43,403 nucleotides of DNA from Neoconidiobolus thromboides FSU 785 (taxonomy: Eukaryota; Fungi; Entomophthoromycota). The position numbers and the translations under genes were made by a program. The notes beneath the pieces are model-generated. The model did not search any database and was not told the DNA's origin. It was given only the letters and a program-made list of their open reading frames with translations. The stretch is from positions 1-43,403 of the forward strand of contig MU626424.1 in NCBI GenBank assembly GCA_025603075.1, written 5' to 3'. Below, piece by piece: positions 1 to 12,263 of this stretch (the stretch's first letter is position 1; each line of letters begins with the position of its first letter).

Positions 1-959
1 ATCAAATCAAATTTTAATTCTCTATTTAAATCCCCATTACATAACTTAGATAATGGTACTAAAAATTAATTTTATATTATTGTTATTATATGCTATAATA
101 TAATATACTTTCAATAGGAGCCCAACATGGATTCGGTATTTTATCTTTAATCTCAGTTTTATGTACAATTACCCAGTTTAAGTCTTCTCTACTTTTTGAA
201 ATTGTTACAAAAGTTCTTGGGTAAGAAGAGCCAAAAAAAGACTTCTATAATTCATAGTTGATATAAATTGTTATACATGATTAAAGCTATAGTTACCTTT
301 TTAGGTATATTAGAAGCAGATATTATCAACCTAAATAAAATTGAACATCTATAGTAAAACTATATTAACTAACGATACTTTAAATTGAACTTTGATTCCT
401 CCAGTTCTTCAAAAAAGATTGAAATCGTGCCTTTTTTTGAATGACGACGTTCGTTATGTAAAGCTCCAATTAATCTTTGGCCTTGACTTGAGGCTAATTA
501 AACAACCTTAAATTACTTTAAAAATAGATTTGTTAATAAATACCAATTTGACTTAAAGTACAATCAAATCTACCAATATATTCTTGTTCTCTCCAATCGT
601 TTTTATCAAATTTATCTACATCAACAACAATAAATCTAAGTCTATTAGTTTTTTTTTTGAACATTGTTAAAGTCTTACCTTAATTTTTGTGGTATTTCAA
701 AAATATAATCCAATATAAAACTTTTTGAAAATTCTGGGTTTAAGTTATCTTTAATTACTTCTGTATAAGCTTTAACTCTATTATCATCGAATTGTTGTGT
801 AATTGGATCTGCCACTAATAAAAATACTTGAGGATCACTTTTTGAAAGGTAATCTAAATCAGGTAAATCCCTTTAATCGTCTTTAATTATCTATCATTTT
901 ATTATAATATTGTTTTACTGGCATTTAATTTTCAATTCAACTTGGGTATGTGCTGTCAT
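1..959 (-). CDS. Copine (C2-C2-vWA family), 5' part; gene continues past the left edge
   Basis: Hand-spliced minus strand gives MTAHTQVELKIKCQ/DLPDLDYLSKSDPQVFLL...TEVIKDNLNPEFSKSFILDYIFEIPQKLR/FIVVDVDK...YIGRFDCTLSQI (C2A) and HKTEIKDKIPNPCWAPI/PLSKLCNGDLNRELKF (C2B). These are copine-type C2 motifs. Missed by the ORF track because of introns. Confidence 0.85.
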
Positions 960-1117
960 TAAAGGAGTGTAAAATTAATAATAATATTTTTTTGAATTTC
1001 CTGTGTATTCCTTTATACTAATTTTAATTAGAGTGATTCACACATAAGAACATGATGATCAAAGAATGGCGGGATAATTTAATTTAGAATTTTATACTTT
1101 TTCTAATTAGAACATAT

Positions 1118-1217
1118 GGGGATGTTTTTTTAGTTTCATTACTTTCACCATTTTTTTAAGCGCTATTTGAGCGGAAAGGTTGTTAGTAAAGTTCTTAAAC
1201 AAAAAAAAAATATCCTC
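1118..1217 (+). mobile_element. MITE copy 1 (100 bp; orientation label arbitrary)
   Basis: GGGGATGTTTT...AATATCCTC flanked by ATAT at 1114-1117 and 1218-1221; shares the core TTTTAAGCGCTATTTGAGCGGAAA with 7 other copies. Confidence 0.9.
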
Positions 1218-1642
1218 ATATGCTTAATTTAAAGTGATTATATAGTAAGCCAATGTTAAATTGATTCTATTTTATTTTCATACAAAACATTTCTTAACTA
1301 TTCTGGTTCTTTCAAAATTGTAAAAAATAACTTTATAAAGATATTTATTAAATACAATTTTAATTAATATATGGCAGCAATTAAAATTTATTTCTAAACA
1401 TGATAAATTATGAAATTATAATTAGTGAAAATAATTAATAAAGTCAATAGAATAAAAGGGAGATAAAATATTTAAATATTATAAAAGAACCACATCCTTT
1501 TTCATCTTATTATTCTACTTAACTTATAATGTGTTATAAATTCGGACATTAAAGGTATAAACAAAATATTCTCATAATTAATAGATCATGCTGTTCAGCT
1601 ATTTCTTTTTAAAATCTAAAATTAAATTATTATTATTTGAGA

Positions 1643-3137
1643 TTATAATCTTATTGGGCACGATTTAGACCTGGTAAGTTGAGTTGAATTAGTAATGCCT
1701 TTATCAAAACCTTTAAAACTGCTCCTTTGGCCAATAGTTGTCTCCATATTATTATCTATTTTACAAGTTTCTAATGATCTTACTTCCTTTTCCAAGTTCA
1801 ATGACAGTTTTTGAAATTCATCAATAGCCTCATTCTGTAATTGAATAGTTTTGCTCTGATCCTTTATTTTCTTATCATATTGTAATAAGCTTAATCGAGC
1901 TTGTCTCAACTCTTCTTGAATTGTTTTGAAATTATTTAATACCTGACTTGACTCATCTAGTAATTGTACTTCTCTTTTTGAACTCATTTCTTTTAATCGT
2001 TGATATTTTTCATCTTTTTGTAAAATTTCTTGTTGAAACTTACTTATTTCACGCTGAAATGAGTTTCTCATTGCTTCAGTATGATTTATATACATCTCTT
2101 TTATTTCATTGATCTCGTTTCTAAGCATTTTAAGCTCATCATTGTCCTTTGCTATACTTTCAATTTCTTCCTAGAAAAATTATTTAATACAAATAAATTA
2201 ATTATATTGTTATTACATGTAATCCTTTGACATTATTTGTTAATTTTAAAGAGGGGTTTATATAAAGTTTGATTTTGTCTTCACTTTTTGCATTAGGCTT
2301 CGCCACAGATGCTCCTGAATTAACATTTAACTCAGTTTCATTTTTGTCTTTAGTTTTAACTTCAGTAGATTTCTCATTACTTTTTGTTGAAACTTTTTTT
2401 GGTGACTCAATTTTTTTTGTTTCATAATCAGGCATATTTTTTTGAATGGAATTTTCATCTGTTTTTTCATCTGTTTTTTCATTGATCAAGGTAGGAATTA
2501 GTTTAACTTTGGAGGAAATCCTTTGATAAAGTACTAAATATGAGATAAATAAGTATTTTTAATTAAATAATTGTTTTACTTGAGCCATTTTCATTATAAA
2601 TATCGATTCCAAATTCGATTATATCGCCATCGAATAATAGTTTTGGTAATGATTCCTGCCCATCTCCAGATAATCTATGGCCATTTAAATAAGTCCCATT
2701 ACTAGATTTTACATCTTTAATATAAACCTAATAATACAAAAATTTAGAAAATAGGTATTTAAGTATTTAAATTCATACTTTATCACCATCAGCCCAAAAT
2801 TCTGCATGCGATCTTGATAAAACTTTAGAATCAAAATATCCGTTAGTTGGTTCTGGTGCAGTTTTTGGTGATACTTGTCTTCCAACTTTGACTTTTTCAT
2901 AAAGTTCAAATTTTTTTTCGCTTTTAAATGTATTATGCATTGGGACTAGTACCAAGGTAGGTGGTGGTTTGGAACTAGGATTAAATTGACTACCCTTTGA
3001 TCTAATTACACTTGCTTTGAATGCTTTTGTCCTCTCTAATAATTTATCATTAATTATTAACTTGATTAAAATTATCAATCAGGATTCCAAATGTAAACTA
3101 TCAACTATTTACCTTTTTTATTTTCATCTATTTCCAT
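1643..3137 (-). CDS. FHA-domain plus coiled-coil protein, Far9/Far10/Vps64/SLMAP-like (4 introns predicted)
   Basis: MEIDENKK/ERTKAF... joins ORFs 2773-3078, an exon at ~2582-2735, 2202-2489 and 1643-2128. FHA motifs GRQ, NGYFDSKVLSRSHAEFW, YIKDVKSSNGTYLNG and GDIIEFGIDI are followed by a heptad-rich coiled coil. I could not establish a C-terminal membrane anchor. Confidence 0.78.
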
Positions 3138-3520
3138 TAAAGCAATATAATATTTTTAGTTTTTATAAAAAAGGTTCAAAGTTAACTCTTTTGCGTTAAT
3201 ACTTCATATATTATGCACAAACAACAATTTGCAAAGATGACGAATGAGATTAATTTTTAACTGTAAAGATAAGTTACTATCAAATGCCAAGATTTTTTAA
3301 TAAAAGATAGTATTGATAATATTATAACAATAATAATAAATTAAATTTTAAGCAAAGTATAATACTATTATAATCAACTAAAAATAATTATAATGTATTT
3401 AAAAAATTAAAATGTTCAAATTTTATAAGCTTCTTTTAATTATAAATTTAAAAGCACTAACATAATAAATCTCTACTTTGATTTAAATCAGAAAGAAATC
3501 AATTTAAAAACATAAATACC

Positions 3521-4726
3521 TTAATGCTCAGGATGCTTCAATATAACAGCTATACCTTGTCCACCACCTATACAAGCTGAACCTAAAGCATATTTTAAAT
3601 TTTTTTGTTGAATTTGATGAGCTAAGTGGCCTAAAATACGAGCACCAGAAGCAGCTAATGGATGTCCAAGAGCAATGGCACCACCATTTGGATTTGTGAT
3701 ATACATATCAAGTCCGAGCTCTTTTTGTACAGCTAAAAACTGCGCAGCAAAAGCTTCATTAACTTCAATATGCTCCATTTGCTCTAATTTCAAATTTGCC
3801 AACTCAAGAGCACTACGAATGGCTGGAACTGGACCGATTCCCATAATTGATGGCTCAACACCTACTGCTTTATAGCTAACTATTTCTGCTAAAGGTTTTA
3901 AATTATATTTCTTAACTGCCTCTTCTCCAGCAACAATGATCGAAGCAGCGCCATCAGCAATACCAGAGGCAGTACCAGGGGTTACTAAACCATGCTCCTT
4001 AATAAAGGTGGATGGTAACTTCTTTAAACCTTCAATTGTAGTTTGAGGTCTAGGATGTTCATCTACTTTCATGGTTTCTACACTTTTTTTTACTTTCACT
4101 TCTACTGGTGAAATTTCATGACTAAATATTCCTGATTCATGTGCACTAGCATAACGTTGTTGTGATAATAATCCAAATTCATCACAATCATTACGAGTTA
4201 TTCCATATTGCTTACCAAGATTTTCTGCAGTAATTCCCATAGGAACAACGTTTGGATAACGATCTGTTAATGAGGCCATTAAACTATCTTCTAATTTCAA
4301 ATCAACTCCAAGTCTTGCACCTTCGCGACCACCTCTTAAAATGTGAGGGGCTTGAGACATTGACTCTGAGCCACCTGTTAATACGATTTCACTTTCTCCT
4401 AATCTGATTTCATGGACAGCGTTTATAACTGATTGAAAACCTGATCCACATAATCTATTAATGGTTAAAGCTGGGACTTCAATAGGTAAACCACAACGGT
4501 GACCAACATGACGTGCAAGGTAGGCAGCATCACTAGAGGTTTGACAAACATTACCATAGATAACTGAATCAATTGGTGTACCTTCTGGTATATCCTTAAG
4601 AGCAGCCTTTGATGCTAAGCCACCTAATTCATTAGCAGTAAATCCTTTAAGCTTACCATTAAATGCACCAAATGGTGTTCTTTTAGCAGCGACGATATAA
4701 ACTTTTGATACAGATCTTGAACTCAT
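3521..4726 (-). CDS. ACAA2: 3-ketoacyl-CoA thiolase, mitochondrial ACAA2 type
   Basis: Intronless 401 aa; INRLCGSGFQ (catalytic Cys), NEAF, GHPLAASGAR and CIGGGQG motifs; N-terminus KVYIVAAKRTPFG; no PTS1. Confidence 0.9.
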   Translation of the reverse strand: MSSRSVSKVYIVAAKRTPFGAFNGKLKGFTANELGGLASKAALKDIPEGTPIDSVIYGNVCQTSSDAAYLARHVGHRCGLPIEVPALTINRLCGSGFQSVINAVHEIRLGESEIVLTGGSESMSQAPHILRGGREGARLGVDLKLEDSLMASLTDRYPNVVPMGITAENLGKQYGITRNDCDEFGLLSQQRYASAHESGIFSHEISPVEVKVKKSVETMKVDEHPRPQTTIEGLKKLPSTFIKEHGLVTPGTASGIADGAASIIVAGEEAVKKYNLKPLAEIVSYKAVGVEPSIMGIGPVPAIRSALELANLKLEQMEHIEVNEAFAAQFLAVQKELGLDMYITNPNGGAIALGHPLAASGARILGHLAHQIQQKNLKYALGSACIGGGQGIAVILKHPEH

Positions 4727-5082
4727 AATTAAAATGTTAACAAAAGTTTCTAAACAATTTATTTAAATAACACACATTAGGTTATTTTATCACATGGAGT
4801 ATATGAAGTTTATTACCATCCAATAAATTATATGAGCTTATCTATAAAGTTGTTAATTTTAAATGAGTAAAAGTCAAATCAAGTATTGACCATAATTTTA
4901 TAAAAAATAAAACACAAAGTGTATATTGATATAGTTTATATAAATATTTGCATGGGTTTATTTTATAACAATTGATATTTTTAAATAATATCTTAAATTG
5001 TTTTTATTGGTGGTTGAATTTTAAGTGAACTTGGGAATTAATTTTATTTTTTAACTTTTAATATTTTATATTTTTAATAAAA

Positions 5083-5870
5083 ATGGTAATAAATGATAGA
5101 TTTTATTTAATACTTCATATTAACATAATTTAAATAGGGTAAAGCTAAAAAGACGCGTAAGTTTGCTGAAGTCAAAAGGATGATCAATCCTAAAGATGTA
5201 AGGATGTAAGCATATTTTTCAATTTAATTTAAATAATCTAAAGCAAATATAGTAAAGCAAATCAGAATAAAGTAAATGAAAAAAATGAAAAGGATAAAAA
5301 GAAAGATGTTCACCACGTAGCTCAAGTACAATCTTCTCTCTTTTTCCGTTATAATACAGCTCTTGGTCCACCATACCATGTACTTGTTGATACCAATTTT
5401 ATTAATTTCTCAATTCAAAATAAACTCGAATTGGTCAAGACGATGATGGATTGTTTATATGCAAAAAGTAACCTCAACTTATCTGTACTTATATTTTATA
5501 GCTTATATTGAATAGGTATACCTTGTATCACAGATTGTGTAATGGCTGAATTAGAAAAGTTAGGACCTAAGTTTCGTCTAGCTTTAAAGTAATAATTTTA
5601 AAAACATCTTTTTAATTTATTTTAATCTTTTTATAAAGAGTTGCTAAAGATCCTCGTTTTGAACGTTTACCCTGTAGTCATAAGGGCACGTATGCTGATG
5701 ACTGTATTGTCCAACGTGTAATGCAACATCCAATTTATATTGTAGCTACTTGTGATAGAGATTTAAAGCGTAGAATAAGAAAAGTACCAGGTATACCTAT
5801 AATGTACATTGCAAGACATCAATATACTATAGAAAGATTACCTGAGGCTTATGGAGCACCTAAAGTATAA
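5083..5870 (+). CDS. FCF1: rRNA-processing PIN-domain nuclease Fcf1/Utp24
   Basis: ATG/intron/[20 protein letters not shown]...[29 protein letters not shown]...[14 protein letters not shown]...KGTYADDC...[20 protein letters not shown]; stop at 5868-5870. Missed by the ORF track. Confidence 0.95.
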
Positions 5871-7476
5871 TTTGAAAACAAGCTTATAGAATATATATTA
5901 TAATAAAAACCCGATAGCAATAATTTATCTAAGTCTTTTTTTCAGGAATAATAAAACTTTAGATTTAGGTAACATTCAAATTCTATAATTATTTATAAGG
6001 AATATTATATCATTTTATAGCCATATAATTTATTGTAAAAATGATGGTATTAGATGAAATTAAGGTTAACTTTGTTCTTAACATTAATGGTCTTTTCCTT
6101 ATCTTTTATTATAAAAATTATTAAATAAAGCGGAAAATGCCTTTTAGCAATATTCTCATGTAAAAATACTGTGATCTTGATTTATGTCAACGCAATTAAT
6201 CATGTACTATATTATATAATCAAAATCCTCAAGGTTAAAATAAGTTGAGAACCATGATCCCTGCAACTTCCCGTAGCTTTAAATTAAACTAAAAGTGTTT
6301 CTAGACTTTTAAATAAGAGTTTTGAACATAGTTAAATGTAATTATTTTACATGATATTTTAAGTAAGTATAATGGTTTTTATGGTTTATAATTTAAATTG
6401 TTTTCGTATTTTTATTAATAAACTTTATATTTCATTCAGAAGTAAAAGCATTAAAGTAATGAATTATATATTCACTAATAAATATTGGTTAAAGTTATTA
6501 AGGAATATAAAATGATATTAGGATGGTTTTTTTGATTTCAAATATTTATCCAGTTTCTATGCAACATAAAAGTATTTGTTAAATACTAAAACGACTAAAA
6601 CGACTAAAACTTCTAGAGTAACAGTATATTAATTAATACCAGCTTTTAAAAATTACTATAAGTAGGAATGTTTTTACCAATAATATATTTATTTTTGTTT
6701 AACTTTGCATAATGAAAGATTTTCAGATTTACAAAATTAGACTTTATTTTGTCAATAATGTTGTTACCTTATTATAAGCAAAATACCTTTTTATGAATCC
6801 TTAATTGTGCTTATTATTCTACACATACAAGATAAGCATATAACTATCTGCAATTTTATACAGAATTCTTATCAAGTTCATGATAAGTGTAAGGTGTAGT
6901 TATTTTCAAGAATGAAAACAATGTTAAAAATAAATAATAAGTTGTACTAGCGAGTGCTCAATTACCTAAAATATTTTAAAGATTAGTTGGTTTTATTATA
7001 AATGCAGGGTTATTAAGTTTCAAAGTTACCAAGGTTAATGGGAATCTAAATTTAAAAATAAAAAGGCTGAGCATCTAAATTAAATACTTAAAAATAAATC
7101 TTAATTTTTGATATATTACGGTTAACAAGCTGTTGTATAAATAAGCTAGTCCTTATCAGCTATTAAAAATATTTTAATTAAGTCTTATGTTCTATAGAAC
7201 ATGATCTATTAATATTATTCTTATGTCAAAGTATGTATAATCTGAGTTAATTGAGATAAAAATCTTAAATTAAAGAAGAGGTTCTAAATTAAAAACAATT
7301 ATTAGCTATTGAGTAATAAAACAAAATTCATGCAATGTGCTAATAGTTCTAGTACCATTTTATATGATTTAGTTTTCATTCCTTAAACCTTTTTTAGTTT
7401 TAAAAAAATATATAAACATATGTATATCACATTAAATCAATTTTATTTTTAGTCTAAAATATAATAAAATATTAAA

Positions 7477-8905
7477 ATGGATGTCCAAACAGCATTAAAT
7501 GTTTCTCTAAATGTGATATCTTCAGTCGCTAGTATAATAGTAATTGCAGTGATAGTATTTATAAGTATCTATGATCGTCGTTTAATGGATCGTGTCTCTT
7601 TAAGATTTACTTTAGCCATCTCAATTGTTGATTTATTGAAAGCAATACTAATTTTAATATATATATTTATTGACGCCCCTGGAGCCGCATGTGTGGCAGT
7701 GGCCTATTTAATACCTGGGTTTACATTATTATATATGTTTTTAACAATATGTATAGCCTTAAATTTACAACTTACATTTGTCAATGGCTTAAGATTTAAT
7801 AGTAAATGGGAAAGGTGGTATTGGGCTATATCGATAATTGGTGCATTTGGTATAATGGCAGTGCCATTAGCCACAAATCAATTAGGTTTTGATGAAGATT
7901 CTCAATTTTGTTATTACAAAAACTCCAACTCAACTACTGGACAAATATTCCAATGGGCCACATACCATAGCTGGATATTAGTTGGGTGCTTTTATTGTAC
8001 ACTGGTTGTTATTTTAACCATTTTTCATTTAAACCGTAAAGTCACAATCATAAATCGTATATGTGAACCAGAATATTATACAGATGAAAAAGGAAAAAGG
8101 GTCAATATTAATGATAAAGTACAAAGAAATTTAAAAAGATTAATAAGAAGAATGTAATATTAAATTGAACTTTTGTTTACAATATACTAATGAAATATAT
8201 AGTTCATTATACTGCCTTATTCCTATTGTAACTCAAATTGGATTTGTTGCTTCTCAAATTGACGCTTATTACAATCCATCCAATCCAAATGTAGCTTTAG
8301 CATGGTGGTCTTTTGTTGGAACTGGTAATTTAGAATGACAGCACAAAATAGATTAAATTTTAATTACTATTAATTTAGATTTGCCAGGACTATTAAATCT
8401 TTTTGCGTTTTTATTAGATCCTTCCTTGTACGCTGCTATAAAATCAATAAGGAATATACGTACAACACAAGCAAGCATGACATTACATGAGGAAAATACA
8501 GCCTTTGAGTTAAATACACCTAAGCGTTCATCTTCTTTGAACGTTAGGAATGATCTGCCTGCTCCCCCTGTTCCAGAAAAAGATGACCATACCAGCCATA
8601 ATAATAGAGAAAATCAGGAAGCTAGAGTAACATTGCATACTATTCCGGAAATTGATATTAGTTTGGGAGAAATAAGCTGTGAGCCAACATTTGATAATAG
8701 CTTTCAATCCACAGTTTTTCCTATAACACCTAATACAGTCACTTCATCTACTCCTCTTTCAGATGACAGGTGGTTACACGCACCTAATGGTCGCCCCAGT
8801 ATTTCTAGTGGAGAAGATGTAGACATGGTAGAAAGTGCAGAATCTGATATCTTCCATGAAGCTGATTCGGTAATTACATTAGATCACTTCCTTAGAGGAC
8901 TTTAA
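7477..8905 (+). CDS. 7-TM GPCR-like receptor (cAMP-receptor/Git3-like), 2 introns
   Basis: Seven hydrophobic segments after splicing (RRI/SLYCLIPIVTQIGF...WWSFVGT/DLPGLLNLFAFLLDPSLY); Cys at the TM3 start and in ECL2 (SQFCYY); DPxxY in TM7; long Ser/Pro-rich tail. Confidence 0.75.
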
Positions 8906-9471
8906 ATACATAATGCATTTGCTTTATATTTCTGTTAAAGTTAAATAAAAAATACTAACAATTTTTAAAATAAACTGATTTTATATTTAATGCAAATTTA
9001 AATGTAAGTGAAAGTGAGAGCATTAAATTAAATAGCTTAAAAAACTTAGAGTTGTTAATTTGAAAATAAAATTCGTATATGTATTTTTATTTTGTACATT
9101 AAATTAATAATAGTATTACTTTTTATAGGCATATTAATGACATTGATTTAAAAGACTAAATAGATGTTACAATTTAAAGTTTTTCAAAAGTAATCACACT
9201 TTAAAAATTTCATAGTGGTAAAGTTATGCTTAATTGAAATTCTTCAAATGTATTAACAAACAAGATTATCTGGTAGTAGTATAGTAATTTTAAGTTGATA
9301 ATAAATAAGAATAGTTTGCATTAAAAGTGCTTGTTTAAAATTATGATTTTACAAAAAAAAAGAAATTTATTTTTTATTTTTTATTAATATAATTTCATAT
9401 CAATATGAGGTAATAAAAATCAGAGTTGAATTATTAAATAGGAATTGATATTGGTATATAAATATCAGGGT

Positions 9472-10290
9472 TTAAGTATTAATCTAAAATACAATTGTAG
9501 TTAATAAGCTAAAGTATTTAATATTAAACTTACGCTTTCAACAAATTTACATTTGTTAACATAACACTTGGTTCCTTCGGCTTGAGTAATGGTTTGACTA
9601 ATGCAAACATTAATTTAAATTTATTAAATCTGAAAAACTCACCATTGATCATTCAATTTGTTAGCTACACAAATATCATTTAACTTTAAAATTGATTTAC
9701 TTTCAGTGCTATCGGAAAATGTTAATGAATTAAATAATATTCCATTGCTAGAGTTCACTCGATAAGTATATGTACTTTGATTTGTTGGATCTACTTTTAT
9801 ATTTAATGAATTTACAGTTTCAGTCAAATTGAGATCAAAAGACACACTAAATACATAAAGATTAGTACTATATATATTAGTTATATTAAATTACGTTAAG
9901 CCAAATCCATCACACTTAATATTGGCAATTGAGAAATGGCCCATAGTAGGAAGGATAGGTGCAAAAGTCTGTGGACAAGGTACTCCTTTTGGGCAATAGA
10001 AATTTTTATATAGATAATAGTTTCCACTCCCGTCAAATTGTAAGGCGCTAAAATAATTAGATAATACTACCTTAGAGTTCTATTACTTTTATAAGTATAA
10101 TTCAAGAACTAAAAATTATTTGAATTACTTTGTTATCTTCTTTATAAATCCCGATTAAATTTTTACTAATACTATCTGAAGTTGGGCAAGATGGCTTTAA
10201 TAAGGTACTTGAATCATAAAGATGGTTGCTAATCGAACTTGCAATTATAATATTGAACAAAAATAATGCCAAAGTGGTAAATTGAATCAT
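9472..10290 (-). CDS. Secreted Cys-containing protein of unknown function (4 introns predicted)
   Basis: Signal peptide MIQFTTLALFLFNIIIAS; exons join in frame: ...EDNK/LSNYFSALQFDGSGNYYLYKNFYCPKGVPCPQTFAP...GFGLT/VSFDLN...DICVANKLNDQ/CQTITQAEGTKCYVNKCKFVES/INT*. Confidence 0.7.
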
Positions 10291-11597
10291 TTTAAATATA
10301 ACAAAAATCTTTCTTATAGATTTTGAGTGTATTATATACTTTTGAATAGTTGATTGCTTATGCTAATTTGCTTATCCTAAAAAACTTAAGCTATAAGCTT
10401 TAAATAATTCGATTCTACTTTGAAATTCAACAATTGCACATCTTTTTTAATTTATAGATTTTTGTTATGAGAAAATATTTTAAGACCAAATTCATGCTTT
10501 GCTTTAACAACCCATATTCTGTACTTGAATCAGAAAATGATCACCCTAAATAAATGGTGTGTAATTTTTAATCTAGACAAAATTTTAAATTGATTAAAAC
10601 TTAGTTAATTTAAACTTAATCAATAAATAGAATAAAAATATTAAGTATTGACAATATATAATGATTATTAAAAATATTTAGCATACTAATAACTTCATCT
10701 ATATATTATTATTAGGCTTATTGTATTAATATATTACTAAACACTTTAGATCTTCAACTGATTGACTTTTAAAGTTTATCCTTAAAGTTCAGCTAGGGAT
10801 ATAATTTTGAAAAATTATTATTTTCAAAACTACCTTGAAACTTTATAATCAACAGGTGGGGTTGGTGTTTAAAAATAATGTCTGTGTTTTTTTAGCTCTT
10901 TCTAATCATGATGATAAAAGAACAAATAAATAAAAGGATAAAAATGTTAGTGTGAAAATCTTACCACAAAGTTAGGAATTCACTTATATTTTTAACTTTG
11001 AACATTTAAAAATATTAAAAGGATTTAAATTGTATGAATGTAATGAGTATAAAAGTACTTGTAAGTTCAAAAATAGATAGACATGTTAATAAATAAGTTA
11101 TCATTCTTTTTCAAAATACTTACTAAGCCAAAAGTGTAATAATAACTCTAGTTAAGTAGAAAAGAAAGGAAAAGGTGCAAAGTTAACAACTATAACAAGG
11201 ACTCTTATGTAAAATTCTAAGGGTTATTGGAAACAAATTTGAGGGCCAGAAAAAGGTCAGGAATAGGTCTTTGAGTTATCTAAAAGTGACAAGGTTTCTT
11301 TTATAAGGAAGCTTAAATTAAGAGTTGAATTATATTCAAACTATTAATTGTAATATTAAGAATGCCCTAAAAAAGTTAAGATAGTGTAAAATTTATCGAG
11401 TTTATATGTATCATTTTTAAATAAATTTAAATACTGAGTAATGTTTAATAGACAAATTGATAGAAAATTCATGAATTGTATGTTTTTATTATAAAACCTT
11501 TGATTTTATAGTCATTGATTTGGTATTATTATTGTGGCTATTGTAAATAAAAATGAAAATTATATAGTATAAACTTTAAATAGGTTAATGAACCTAC

Positions 11598-12263
11598 TTA
11601 TTTTAGTTGTGATATGTCAGTCATACCTTCCCAGTTATCGCATTTGCCGGAGAAGGAATTAGGTTGGTAACAATCAAAATTTTGGGATTTATAATCAATA
11701 ACCCAACATTTAGGGCATCCTTTATCTCCAAAGCTACATACATTTTTAACTACCCCAGCAATAAAACATGATTTTCCTTTAAAATAGTTTACATTTTGTG
11801 GAGGTAAGTCATTTCCTTTATTAATCATTTCTGGGAATGGACATGCTTGACTTGCTTTTGAATAATCAAAGCATGAGTAACCATACGATTCCTTTTTCCA
11901 ACACCTTGGACAAAACCCTTTACATGGCATATGTTGCATCCCTCCTACAAAGCACGTATCTGAGTCACTGCTTAGATTAGCTAATAGTGGTTTTGTTATT
12001 TGATTATCGGCATTTTCCCGAATTGGATATTTTGATTTTACATCTATTCTTGGCTCTTCTTTCAATTGTCTGCTACCATTTAACTTGATCTCACCATTGT
12101 CATTAATTTGAATCGGTACTCCCTGTTTTTGGATAAAACCAAGCTCCTGTTGATCCAAACTTATTTTAGTTAGATCCCCAGATTTCAACTTATTCAATAA
12201 GTCCTCTTTAGTAATTGGATATACATTACTTATCAAAAATAATAAAACAAAGTTCAACTTCAT
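11598..12263 (-). CDS. Secreted protein with two copies of a six-Cys module
   Basis: ATG at 12263 (MKLNFVLLFLISNVYP signal peptide); intronless; two modules CFxxG...C...CPxCW...C...C. Confidence 0.8.
   Translation of the reverse strand: MKLNFVLLFLISNVYPITKEDLLNKLKSGDLTKISLDQQELGFIQKQGVPIQINDNGEIKLNGSRQLKEEPRIDVKSKYPIRENADNQITKPLLANLSSDSDTCFVGGMQHMPCKGFCPRCWKKESYGYSCFDYSKASQACPFPEMINKGNDLPPQNVNYFKGKSCFIAGVVKNVCSFGDKGCPKCWVIDYKSQNFDCYQPNSFSGKCDNWEGMTDISQLK

Noticed and set aside
1540-1680. Extra 3' exon giving the FHA protein a Far10/SLMAP-type tail anchor
   Set aside because: The candidate donors and acceptors I tried give immediate stops or need weak sites; it cannot be supported without transcripts.
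6586-6610. (CTAAAACGA) x ~2.8 tandem repeat
   Set aside because: Local slippage duplication; too short for a telomeric or satellite interpretation.
10805-10829. Hairpin TTTTGAAAA-N7-TTTTCAAAA
   Set aside because: Short A/T-rich palindrome, single copy, expected by chance at this base composition.
10858-10875. 12-nt match GGGGTTGGTGTT to the start region of LTR B
   Set aside because: The similarity does not extend on either side; likely chance.
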